DNA of 64,000 nucleotides from positions 1,476,445 through 1,540,444 of the forward strand of contig NW_002060957.1 in NCBI RefSeq assembly GCF_000150275.1, written 5' to 3'. The first letter of the stretch is position 1. Every line of letters starts with the position of its first letter. Source of the stretch: Trichoplax adhaerens. Taxonomy: Eukaryota; Animalia; Placozoa. Of the stretch, positions 31,610-45,500 are shown piece by piece. The notes under the pieces are model-generated. The model worked only from the letters and a program-made list of their open reading frames with translations, ran no database searches and had not been told where the DNA came from. The translations under genes were made by a program, and so were the position numbers.

Positions 31610-32835
31610 TGATACTCGATGTGGATTCATATGTTCAAGTTGCTAGCTTAAATTGAATAATGGATTGAGTAAATATCCGATAGAATGGCGTTAATAGTAT
31701 AGGTGTAAGTGTCGCCGTGACAGTCGACGAAATAAAGATAGGGCTTCTCTACAGCTTACCTCAATATTCAGCGTCGATGCATACTTTCAAGCTATTAGCC
31801 TAAATCGATTAACGGATTGAGTAAGCGTCCGATACAATTAAGTATAATAGCATAGGCGTTCGTGTCGGCCATGGCAATAGACGAAATAGCGATAGGGCTA
31901 ATCGACAGCTTGCCTCGATATTCAGTAAAGACGCAAACTTTCAAGTTATAAGCCAAAATCAGTTAACGGATTGAGTAAGCGTCCAACACAATTAAGTGTA
32001 ATAGTATAAGTGTTACTGTCGGCCATGACTATAAACGAAATAAAGATAGGGCTTATCTAGTTTTGCCAGGAACTTATCTCGATATTTGGTATAGATGCAT
32101 AGTTTCAAGTTTTAAGCTAAAATTAATTAACGGATTGAGAAAGCATCCAGTAGAATTAAGTGTTATAGCATAGGTATTGGTGTAGGCCATGACAATAGAC
32201 GAAATAATGATAGGGCTCATCGGCAGCTTAAGTCGATATTCGGTATAACTGCATATGGTACCAAATTGAATAATAGATTAAGTAAGCATCCGATAGCATA
32301 ATGTGTTATAGCATCGATTATATTCTCGCCATGATAATTGTAATGACCGAGTAATAATCTCCTGCTACTACTGTTGGTTCGCCTACGTTACTCAAAATTG
32401 GAGTTAACAAATATTGAGTAATTCCCTAATGTGGCACACGAAGGTCTTGTACTAGAAACAGTGCAAGTGCACCGTTTCATCCTATTCGCCAACTACTATA
32501 CTCCTACAATTAACTGAAATCATTACAACGACGGACGAAATAAGGATAGGGCTTATCGACAGCTTCTCTCGATATTCGGTATAACTACTTGCTCAATTGA
32601 ATAATGGGTTGAGGAAGCATCCGATAGAATAATGTGTTGTAGCATAGGTATTAGTCTCGCCATGACAATAGATGAAATAGCGATAGGGTCTACTTACAGC
32701 TTATTTCGATATTGTTTCTAGATGTATACTAAATGGAATAATGGATTAAGTAAGCATCTGATAAAACATACAGTAAAGTTACAGCATAGGCATTATTTAG
32801 TCTTGCCCAAACAATAGACGAAATAGCAATATGGC
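31610..32835. repeat. Degenerate ~150 bp tandem repeat (~7 copies)
   Basis: Anchor 'ggattgagtaagcatccgatagaat...ggccatgacaatagacgaaataaagatagggct' at ~31662, 31814, 31968, 32132, 32275, 32606, 32742. Confidence 0.9.
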
Positions 32836-35800
32836 CTCTTGTCATCACATTAGTCATCCTATAGAATCCTATATTAGAATACTAAGTAGAGTTCTGTCAA
32901 GTGCATCATGTCACCCAACGTTAATCCTATCTCAACAATTATCATCAGTAAATCCGATTCGATAGCATGAAATAGGATTGATCAACGTCATCAATCAATC
33001 CGATTTAGTATGCTGTCATAGCTAGTTAAAATGTTGCGTATACTGATATAATCCAATTGTAAATAATAATGCTGTAGCAAAGAAGGCAAGGTAACGGATA
33101 GGCAAAGATCATGCTTTGCTCCATTGATTTCGATATCCGACCGGCGTTTTCATACATTACTCCTTCTACTTGGTCTGCTTCATCGTTGCTTATACGCTTA
33201 CTGTTCATGAATGATTAATTCTATCCTTCAACGGTTATGAGTAATATTTCTAGGTCAATGTTGTTGTCTAGAAGAAACAATAATGCGCAGATTTGATTTA
33301 TATTATATTCAGATAGATTTAGAAAGGATTATTTCATCAATAGAAAAGTAACTGAGTGATCCACTAGACGAGAGATAATAAATTGAGCTAAATAGCTAAT
33401 AGAATAGTAAGCTATACGTGTTGATCAAAAAGTCATCTGTAGGATAAAGGTGGACAAGTACTCATTATATCAATACAGCAACAATTATTAAAAGAATAGT
33501 TCTACTTACTATCAAGTTGCGAGCTAGCATTGCTGAATCAGTGACACTAATTAATAATTAATCACTTGTTTTATATTATCTTCTTGTGCCACAACAACCT
33601 TTGGCTGTGATAGTCATATACGTCAATTTTATTGCGGAGTAGATCAGTATCCATGCTCATTTCATCTGTGTAAATTGCTGAATCCATTGTAGGAAGATGA
33701 AATTTAAATTTCATATTAAATAGATGAACTTATTTGTTTTTAAACTCGAAACAAAATTTTAAAGTCTCATCCAATTATGTAGCTTAAAATATCAATCATC
33801 AATTAATCATTAAATTACATTAATGCGATTGTACGTGTGTCACTCTGTTGGTACATAACTATCGTAATTAGCTAAAACCATTGCAATGCGCGACTACTAT
33901 CTAATTCAAATATTGTGAACTAGAATTTAAATTGCCCTTGCTGTTAGTTTCCTACAATAGCAATTTATACCAAATATGCTCCAGTCTACTACAATAATAC
34001 TCGTGTTTCGTATTACTTGTCTTGTCTAGCATTTAAATTATGGATTTGTATCATATTAGCTGCTATTATTTTATACACCTTAGCTATTCTACGGCAAGGT
34101 AACATTATAACAGTATCTGACTTCTTTAATAGCTTTCGATAATATAATATTTGTAATTACTATTGCTATTATATTAATAAGTAAGTAATATATGTCAATG
34201 TCGTATCTATGCAGATATTGCCTTGGATGCATCACTTGATTGATTGAATTAATTTCTTCTTTTCCGCTTGACTAATTATATCTAATACCAGTATCAAATG
34301 ATTGAACAGCAAAAGGATTTGTTTATAAATATAGTTACAGACATATTATACCCATACCTTACAAGCTAATGTAGACACTTGCACTTTCATCCATTAATTA
34401 GAATATTTTAACTGAATAAAAAAGAAAACATAAGATTCCAGAAGAATTAAGTTCCAATAATAATTAATTTTTTTTATTATTTAATCATCGTCGCGAATTT
34501 TATTCTAATCGTAATCCATACATCCAATACTTTCTGTTTAGTAAATAAACTCTGCAATATTAAAGAACCCGTTAATATACACTAGATAACAAGCTCGTCA
34601 AAAGGCCTCAGTAGATGATATGTGTGTCATCTCAAGCGAATAATTCATTCATTTACAGTCAATTATCTCTCAGTTAGTAATTACATTCCTTCTATAAATA
34701 AACATATTTCATAATCATAACAATATTTATTCTTATGGTCTCTTAAATAATTCACTAATGTACTGTATCTGACGCACTGAATTTTTTATCGAGTAAACCC
34801 ATATTTGTTACATCTGCTATTCGTCCTGGACATCGCATGCTTGGTAACTATGACAATAGTAACTATTAGTAGGTCGATACTATTTAAATGTGGAGCATTT
34901 ATAAATTTTTACGGATATTAAGATATGATTATAAATGAAATTGTAGCTCTAATATATAAATAGCACTTATAACAATACGGTAAAAAATTGTAAACCTGCA
35001 TGTAAAGGTTCTTGACAAAAGCTATTCACATAGATTCACATCCAAGCAGAGTTTATGAAGGGATTTCGTTAACATATATTCTACGACTGAAGATTGTAAT
35101 TTCGAGAATGAGAATAATTATTATAATTATTGATTAATGCAGCTTCTAAGAAACTAAAATTGGTGTTTTCTTATCTGCCACTATAGTATGATTATCCTTG
35201 TTTTAGCAGACTACTTTTAAAGTAGGAGAAAGTAGCGAGTAGTTCCAGGTCATAGCTACGTTAAATAATTCGATACTTATACTATTATTAACAGTCTGTG
35301 CAATTACGCCGACAAAAGATTGCCAGTCTGTAAACGTATATAAATGTCACAATCCAGCTTCGTGACAAGGATAACGTAAAACAAATCTCTAAATTACTAT
35401 AGTCTTCCGGAATTCAGTATCCCTTAACTACCTCACAAGAATTTAGACGCCTTTGATTCTACGTTAAAACAACTATACAATTGAGAACTACTTTATTCAA
35501 CTATCTGACGGGCTTATATACCCTTCTACAGTAGCTAACATTCACAATTCATCTTATAAAAATACTTAGGTGAGATAACTAGTTTTTCACAGTCGGACTA
35601 CAATATGTCCATTCACAGAATCATTTCAGTGCACATTACAGTACAGCATTAAATTTACTATAACACATTTATAATTAGAGTAATTCCTATAGTAAGTAAC
35701 TAGTTGTAATATAATATCACTATATTATATTAACCAAATTTAGATAGATATTTCTTCACGGTAGTTCGTACCGTGACAATAAAACATAGTTGGTTTATAA

Positions 35801-36589
35801 AATTCACTCATCAAATTATAAACTCCCTAACTTTTGCAAAATTACTAGTCCGCTAATAAAGTATCTAGATAGTTTAACACATAAGGAGTCTAATGATTAC
35901 ACATACCGGTATTTTGCTATAGCCTAGATAATTAGAAATTACGCTAAAATATCAGATATATTTATAACTTAGAGGAAGGAATTTAATGGTTAAACTATTT
36001 TTGATTTTAAATGATATCCAAAAATTAACAATTTATTTCAATCTTCAAAATATTATTATTACCAACGCCGGTTTAAAATCTTATTGAAATGCAACAATTG
36101 AAAGCTACTCAAAATAATTGACATATTTACATCTCTAATAATATTCATTGCCTAAATTATAAGAGAAAGAAATGATTTGAATCTGTCATTATGGAATATT
36201 CTACTTTAAACTCATTGTTCGATAATTTTTACCAGCATTCAAAATTCTAAAACATCACGCAAGAATAGCATTGTCAATAATTTAAATTTTATAAAATAAA
36301 ATTAATAAATTACGTAACTGATTAAAAAGCTATTGTAATCTAAAAGTGGTAATCTAATTATTTCGCTTTAAGTACATATATATAAACTATTGCAGAACGA
36401 TAATTATACTCATAAACGGCCTATTCTTCATCCTGGTTATATCTAAAAGAATCAATCCTAGAACATAAATCTTTCTTAAAGACGCAATACGTGTAGGACG
36501 CTCCCTGTATCAATAAATTTGAAGCAATTGGAAAAATAAACCCTTAATAAAGTCTTCCTAATCTAAACCAAAATACCATTATCACAAGA

Positions 36590-39500
36590 ATGGGAGAGCA
36601 AAATTTGAAAGAAGTTTCATTTTTTATCAGGATTGGATTACTTACTTATGCTATAGGTCAGGTTTAAATATAAAATATTTTAATATATTACGAATGAATT
36701 AAGCGATTTATTATTGAACCTATTTCAATATTGGTGTTGATTCAAGAGCTGCGTGTCCTACTATCAGTAGCACCGACTATCGATAAAATATGGAAGACTA
36801 ATTCTGAAATGTCGTATATGCCTTGTGTTTCTATTCAGAACTGATTTTTCTAGCCATGGTATGTCATTCATGGCAGCTTAAAACAATTCACGAAATTTGT
36901 GATTGCAAATTAGATTCTATGAACATTGACGACGAATTAGGTTGTGGTAAGTAGAAGATGAATACTTACGTTTTATGCAAGTACATAGTGATTGGTAACA
37001 ATTAATTATTCGATGCCGCTACTATTTATCTAAGTAAATGTGAAATATTTAGAAGTGAAGCATAGGAATTCTAATGATTAGACCTTTTTACTTTCATCGC
37101 AACTAGTCGAAAATATTATGCGTAAAAATTTGGCGGATAAATTAAAGTATGCTGGATAACTATATACAAGTATAAAGTTAATGTATAATCCAGAATTAGT
37201 TTATTTTAAGCGGTACGATATTTCAATTACTAACAGTTAAGCTGACTAGAGCAGTTTCTAACCTCTTTGACACAGCTTTGGGGTGTATGATAATCACTAA
37301 TGAGTGCGACAGCGTCTATGTTTTGAGTGAGCTTCAATCATATCACAATCTCACTATCACATATTTGTCAATCTAAACTTATTTACGACCACAACACAAC
37401 TACGCTTACTCTCAATTTCTAGATAAGTAATTATCAGAAGCTGACAGCATTTATTCTTAAAAAGTAGTAACAAATTTAAGTAGCTTTTAGCACAAAGCAG
37501 TGTATAGCATAAATTTTTCATCTATATATACTATTTCCATGTATATAAGCTATAAAATAAGAAAGGCTAAATGCTGTAGCATACATGTATGATTAGGCAA
37601 TGTTTCGATTCAGTACAGTCCAGCTCAAAATTAAGGCTATATGATTGTATGAGAATGGTTTAATTGCAAAATTGAGCAACTATATGTTTTAGGGTACCAT
37701 TCACAGCAAATATTTTGGCCAAATACAGATTTAGCAAGTCAGATCGAATTAGACCGAAAGTAAATGGCCCTTTTAGGATACGAAAGATATACCAATCTAT
37801 CTGCTTAAATACAGTTTTATAAAACAATCGTTACTGTAAATTTTAGACACTTTATCATACCTGTAAGAAATAGCTTAAATCATCTCAAAATGCCCATGAT
37901 AGCTTCACTCTACATTCTAAACAAAAAATTCTATTTTTTATTAAAGTGTTAGATATTCAAATTGTTGTTAGATTGAATGATTGCCATAGTATCCTTAGAT
38001 GTAGAAGCTAAACAAAGAATATTTTCTGAAATTATCCGTGCTTTCCGCTAAAGATTAGCAATATCTTGATTATATAATATAATTATTAATTAAAGAAGAA
38101 AAATTAAATTGGAGAATAATTTCTTCACATTGTATAGTTGAAGATTCCTCATTATAACAGGCAATCGTTTATGATTAAGTTAAGCGTAGCAGCCGTAACA
38201 TAGTCTTCATAAGATTACTTATCTAGGGACGTGCTGATAATAATTTATCAATGATACCTTACGCATACATGTTTTGAATAGATAGGTGCATAGTTTTATA
38301 ATATCATATTAATACTGTAGCGATAACTGATATTATTGCTATTGTACTATCAAATGGTGGACTTTTTAATAATATTTGGGTTCATTGTTAGCTAAGAGAG
38401 ATATGTCTTATTAATGTTCCTCCAGACAAAATATAATCGTTAGTATTTAAAACCGTACCATAGGTAGATGTTGGGAGAACAAGCCTGACAGTACACTCGT
38501 AGGGTTTAATCTTTCTGATTTAGCTTACATCTCTTGCATAACAAATTTGGATTTGTAACTGCAATCTTAATATTCTATTTTAGTGTCTTTCAAGTTATCC
38601 AATTTAACACGGTACAAAAACGTTCATCTTTGCCATGATTATGAAACTTGTCTTTCTTGGGCAGAAAAACCTGTGACATGTACGTACTCTAGGATTTAAA
38701 ATTTTATTTACTAATAATAAAGCGCTTTTTCATTTCTATAATGTGTAATAACTTACGGTATTAAAGATATATTAAGTTTATATTTATCAAATTTAGTATG
38801 CAAATTCCAGTCTTGTCATTTATGGAAAGATCAAGGCTTTGCTGAACTGGTTAATGGAAGCAAATTAATTTGCTGTGAGTTCTAATCCATTTTATCGCCA
38901 TAATTTTGTTTAATTTTTATGGTTTACACTACGCTTACATACATGCCTTTTCTTTCAATAAATTAAATATAATATAAAAATTGAATTAGCTGCAATGAAA
39001 CTTATTGCGATAAAGGGATGATGATAAATGATACCCTGTAACAGATACCAGACTATATTCATATATTGATTGAAATTGTATTGAATTTCCATAGTGTCAG
39101 TATTAAAATTTACATTTATAATCTTTAGAATTTATTTACTTAGCCAACTGCCCTAAATGCCCTGGCAGTGGTAAATGATTTATTATATCATAGTAAATTA
39201 ATCCATTAATGAGATACAATATTAAAGCGGTACCTACGATCATAACTAATAATTCAATACTATCTTTCGTAGTAAACCAACTATCGTATCAGTATACCCT
39301 ATCTTTATTACTACAATGAGTTATTTCCTTATATTCGCATCTAAATGTTCATGAGACTGATAAAGTTGTAGCATTCATGGCTTTATCAAGTAAAAATAAG
39401 ATAGAATAAATAATAAGACGGGAGGATGATTTGCATTAGCAATAGGTAAATTGTTATATATTGATGTACCAGATTATGACTACTGTAACTTATCAAAATT

Positions 39501-42500
39501 AAGTTAATAAACAAGTTTAATATTAGATAGCTTACTTTATTGTCTAGATTCAATTCTGACTTTAAATATGTTTTTGGGCAATATATTTGTACTAAATCAG
39601 TTAACGTTGAGCCCTTAACTGGATGTAAATATTCCAATACAAGCATGATATGCACGAATAACCGGATGAATCAGTTACTAAGAAGATTACTATTGCCATT
39701 CTCAATCATGTGAGTAAAAAAGAATTGAATATGCGATTAACTTGGATATAATATGCTGCGTTTTTTATGTTTTATTATTTTAATAGTAAACTGCAAATAC
39801 TCGTATGCTCTAACTGGTTTATATTCTACCAATATGTTTGCCAAAAAATTAGAATAAATAGCATATCAATCTTTCCATATGTTTGATTTAACGGTTACAA
39901 TTATTGCCTTCTTGTAATAGATTTCATAGATATCGTAATGATGATGAATACAGTTATTTCTAAGAATGCTATCAGCTGACTTTAGAACTAGTAACAGCTA
40001 TCAGATTATTTTAGAGTCTGTAGTAGTGCATTTTTGCTGCCTTTTTAAAAACAAAGTAATTATTTAGGACTTTGCAATACTGTAGTACCCAAATTTTGAA
40101 ATCTCTATATTTTATGTCCTTAGCAACTTGGAAGGGAACGATTTTACAGATTTCCCAATTGACCCCACTACCTTTCAGCCATGGATTTATAATCTGTAAG
40201 TTAAAGTGAAATATTTCTCAAAGTTGAAAGTTTTCGTATGTTGAAATAAATTGAAACTTTTAAATTTACTCATTTATTCAAATCTATCTTTACTTTCTAA
40301 GTAATCTTGCAAGAAACAAAATGAGAATAATTTCTGCAGCTGATCTCCAAAATTTGCCTAATTTACGTTCTTTGTAAGTAATTGAATAGTGTAATAGAGC
40401 GAAAGATTATTTTGATCTATAAATATACTATTTCTAGTACTCTAATCATTAAAATTATTGTTTTCTTTCTAGAAATCTAAACGATAATTATATAATGCAG
40501 CTTAAGTCTGAAACGTTCCAATACAATGAACTCTTGCAAGCCTTGTAAGTATGCTTCTATAAATTAGCTTTAAAATAATGCAGCGAATACTTAATAGTGC
40601 AATTCATAACTAGCTACAATTAACGTGAGAGTAGTTTGAAAAATAACTAAATGTATGTATGAAAGATGCTTGCGCGAATAAATTCTTTCTTTTCATACAC
40701 AAACAGAATGGTATAGTTTATTATCCAATTTATTAAGAGATATGTAAATTTAACTGTAATATAATAAATTAGAGAAAATTTATTTACTTGTTCAATGGTG
40801 CCACGTTGATAAAGGTTTATGTCGAGAAACAAATTATTGGGCGTGGAAAAAGATGGTTTTAAAGGACTTTCTCGCTTAAAAACTCTGTTTGTAAAAGAAG
40901 TGTATTTATTAGATTATATAAGTGTCATCATTTGTTATTATTTGTAAAGAATATGAAAGTAAATATCATGTTTTTATATAGGCATCTAAATGGCAACCCA
41001 ATGTATGAAATCCAGAATGGAACATTCACCTCATTGCAGAATTTACGTGTTTTGTTAGTTTCATTACCAATAGTACAGTTTTTATTTACGATGTTCATGA
41101 GTTTCTGAAGTTTAAGTAAAGTATGGTAAAATATTTATCAGAATCCATCTTCCTTATTAGACTTTTGTTTTTAAGACAAAAATGTGATAAATTAATTTAC
41201 CATTTGCGGTATTTACTTAATGCAGTCAACCTTAAATATCCTTGAGTTGAAAACCGAGCCTTCATTAAGTAGCAAATGCAAATGACGTATGAATAAGTAA
41301 ACTTATGATTATACAGCATATTAGTTTATTTAAATTGTTGACTTGTTTATTAGAAATGAAAATAATTGCAATATATAAAGTAGTATCATCAAATTTTAGG
41401 AAGATTTAACAAACTAAAATAGGAACATAATTTGCTCTATGGTCTATGATACAAGAAACAGTCTTGCAATAAAATTATCCATCTGAATCCTATTTCTCTT
41501 TAATATTACGGTTATGTTATGTATGCTAATTTCACTCTTAGAGCTTTATATGCAATTTTAATAGGTTATTACAGAAATCGTTGATTCGAGCTATTACTAA
41601 GGAGCACTTTCATCAGTTGATCAACTTGAGGACTCTGTATGTATCTAAATATAAATCCACTTTTTTTGTAATCTTAGTAAATCAGGCTTTATTTAGGATT
41701 ATGCTAATATAAGTAGTGAGCAATAAATTAATGCTATTTTGACTTCCCTACATTTAATCAAAGTTGTGTAAGCATTATCGATGCTTATAAACATTATTAA
41801 AAACTTTTGTAACATATGAGTACTATTTATACTGGAAAATTGGACAGTTTACTGCAATGTAACTCTATTTATTTTTCCTAACTTAAATCTAATAATGCAA
41901 TTAAATTCTTTATGACCTATTTTTTAACGAGCTAGAGATCTTTCTCTGTCAAACATTATGAGCATTGAACATGGTTCCTTCCAGTCGCTAAAAAAATTGA
42001 ATTATTTGTATGTTATTAATATCATAAGATCTCGAAAATTAGTGTGTGAAAGCGTATTATTAATTTACAAACAAAGTTTTGACTAAACGAAAAATATTTA
42101 TTAGCCTGAAGTGTTATTAATTCTTAATTGCAGGTATTTACAAACTAATAACATTCGCCAAATTTCTAATGGAACATTTAACGGACTAGAGAATCTTTTT
42201 TTCCTGTAAGTTAATACACAATAGAATTAATCCTCAGACAGTAAATATGCAAATGTGGCAAGAATAAGCTCCATCTTAAAGCCGTTTTAATAAGTGGTAT
42301 CGGATTTAACATAGTCTGCAATTGCTTTAATAAAAAAAATATATGATTCAAATGGGAGGAAAATCTTCATCATTTCATATCTAAATTTTATCTAGGAGTT
42401 CCCACAGTAGCTGTAAGCACGAATTAGATTATCCCTTTTTGTTATAGAACATGAATTTTGTCTAGTTTATGAAAATATATACCTGTAGCCTAAGTAATAA

Positions 42501-45500
42501 CGGTTGGCCCTTCTAGATTAGTTGATTTTTGAATGCAATTTGGGCTTCATGGATTACCGTACTATAAATGAGACATATAATTACGATAGCCTCATAGCAG
42601 TAGGAAATCATGACCGTTCCAGTCTTACTTCAGCTAAATGTTGAGGAAGATGCATCCAGCAGTAGAATCATAGTTTTTTTATTTTCGACGTACATATCTA
42701 AGCTTTTAATAGCTACATAAGTTGCCTTGATGTAAATTTTATTCATCTTTTTTATTTTCGATTTAGTGATCTTACAAATAATCCAATTTTTATCTTGCCA
42801 TCGGGATTGCTTTCATCCAAACCCAAACTTAGCAATGTGTAAGTAGCATATCTTCGTATAGAATAATCAATGTTTCTTTATGTGCGCGTGATAAAGTGAT
42901 CTTCAAATAATAAATCAAGAACCAAAGTTTCTTATAAACTTCACTTTACTACATAAGTTAGGTTCATCAACCTTCTACAATATACTGCAGTAATACTAAG
43001 TTGAAATTGTAAATTATAATTTTAGCCGGTTTTCTACATTGGGTCATGGAGGAGCTAAAATTGGGGCTTTCCGAAATTTAACAAGGCTGAAAACAATGTA
43101 TGATATACGTGCATATATTTTATATGATATATAAAATAATCAAGATTCTTTACTTTAAATATAGTAATCAATAACTTCAATTAATGCTATGACAACATAA
43201 CTACTTCAATACTTCCGCATATTGCAAAGTAAAATATGGGGAAAATGTTTCAGCCACTAAAATCATTAAGTACGACACATTAATTTTTTACTTAGATTTA
43301 TCTTTGGTGGCTTCATTAACCGCATCAAATATGGAATCTTTGCTAACTTACCTTCAATCACACATTTGTAATGACTCCAGCGTTAAATTATTGCTCATAC
43401 TTGAGTATAATATTTACTAAATCAAAATAACAATAAATATCATCTCTTTAATTCCTAAAGTTTTATGATAAACACCTGGACATCGGAAATTGAAGATGGA
43501 GCTTTTCGAAATTTGTCAACCCTTTCATATCTGTATGAACTCTAAATCTGGTTTTACTAAACTAGCCTCTATAATTATGTATACGCTTGTGATTTTTGTA
43601 TCAGAAGTCGATTTTTAGCCAGCTTTTTATAGCATTGTAACATTAAAAACGTCGTACGCCCATAGTCCTGTCTTAAATATTAGTGCAAAAGCAATGAACC
43701 TACTTATAACTTTAGTTCAAGTTTTGAAATAACTTAAATCTTGATTGTGCATCGAATATGCAATTATACACGTATTGTAACTCAACGGCAGATTTTATGA
43801 TACAATATGCGGTACACAAATTTTGGATTATATAAAATTAGGTGAAATGCCTTTTCTAATTTAATTATTCCGATTGTATACCGCTAGGGATTTATCAGTG
43901 AACGAAATCTCCGTCCTAACCAACAAATCCTTTCTCGGTTTACCATCTTTACGATTTTTGTACGTTGCTATATCGCTTATTTAATGACGGATTTTAGTAA
44001 TTTTCGATTTATAACATTTTTTTACGTGTAGCAATATCTTTTTATAGCTAGCTCAGAGACTTTTTCGATAATAATTATTATAGAAAATGAAAGTATCCCC
44101 AAGCTGGTTCACGGCTAGAAATGATCATCATGATCTTATTTTAATATTCTTTAGTATAATCTAATAAATATTATTCAATGAACTATGCTAATGAAAATGA
44201 GCATATTTAGCATATAATTTAATGAATTCAGAAATGTAAGAATATGTTCATAATCATGAAGGCGAGTCCATGCAAAGGAGCAAGCATTGCTCTCTATAGA
44301 TGCATGAATCTTATAGTTACAGTCCTAGTCCAAATTACTCAAATATCAAGTAGCAACAGATTAAACGTATTTCAAAAGTATAAAATGATTTAGCTTATAA
44401 TATTCTGCAGGTTTAATTATAGCCTAATACAAATCAGAAATTGATAAATCATAATTCACTACAAAAGTAATAATTAGGCCAATGCTGTGCTGTGAGAATG
44501 TAACTATAGCATTCTTAATACATGCAAATGCTTATGATTAACTAACATGTTCATACTATGTATAATGTAGGATTCAGATATTGTGCATCTGGTATATATA
44601 TATCATGAAATTACCATCGCACGACATCACTGCCATATAATTTTTTATATTTTAGGGGACTAACGCTAAATAGAATAAACCATATTTCTAGCGGAACTTT
44701 TCGTCATAATCCATACCTTCGATACATGTATGAATAGTGCATTTACTAGAATAGTAACATTAAAGTAAATTTCCTATCATTTTATGCCTTTGTATACCTT
44801 TAATACGCTAATTTATTATCACTACTATCTTAGTAAATGATAAAGTTGAATTTAATGATATTATTGCCTTGTTGTTGTGGACTAGACGATTGAACTTCAA
44901 TCGACTGACCTTTATAAGTTCAGCGTTATGCGATGGACCGTATAATATGTACCACTTGTAAGTTTACAAATTTTTGTAATGATTTAGTTGAAAAGAAGTA
45001 AAGCTAGCTCTCAGTATTGCAAGTAACACAAGATTGCAATAAATAGTGTAGCAATTCATGACTTATTTCAGTAAGGTAAATAGAATACACTGAACATCTG
45101 CTGTATGTTAAAATTTCAAATAGAGATTTATCAAATAACAACTTGGAGGAGTTTGGTATTGAAGCACTACTAAACTGCGCTCATAGCTTGGAAATTCTGT
45201 AAGTTCAATAGATTTTATTCTAATGCTTATGAAAACAATTAAAAATAATCCATAGTTTTGAATTACAAATCAACATAATGTCTGAGATATTATGGAGACT
45301 TTTAAAATCTAGAAGTAAAAAGAACAAATAAGTATTTAATAAAGCCGATTTCATAAGCCTTTACATTTATGTTTACTATGTATAAATTAATAACGGAAAT
45401 GCTTAATAACGAAGCCAATACTAGCTGGCAAACTCTTAGATGGTGATTTACTACTTAATCAACATCAAATAAAATGCTACTTTTTAATGCAAACTGAATT

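Noticed and set aside
33026-33208. 60-aa minus-strand ORF MNSKRISNDEADQVEG...
   Set aside because: No recognisable family and no partner exons found.
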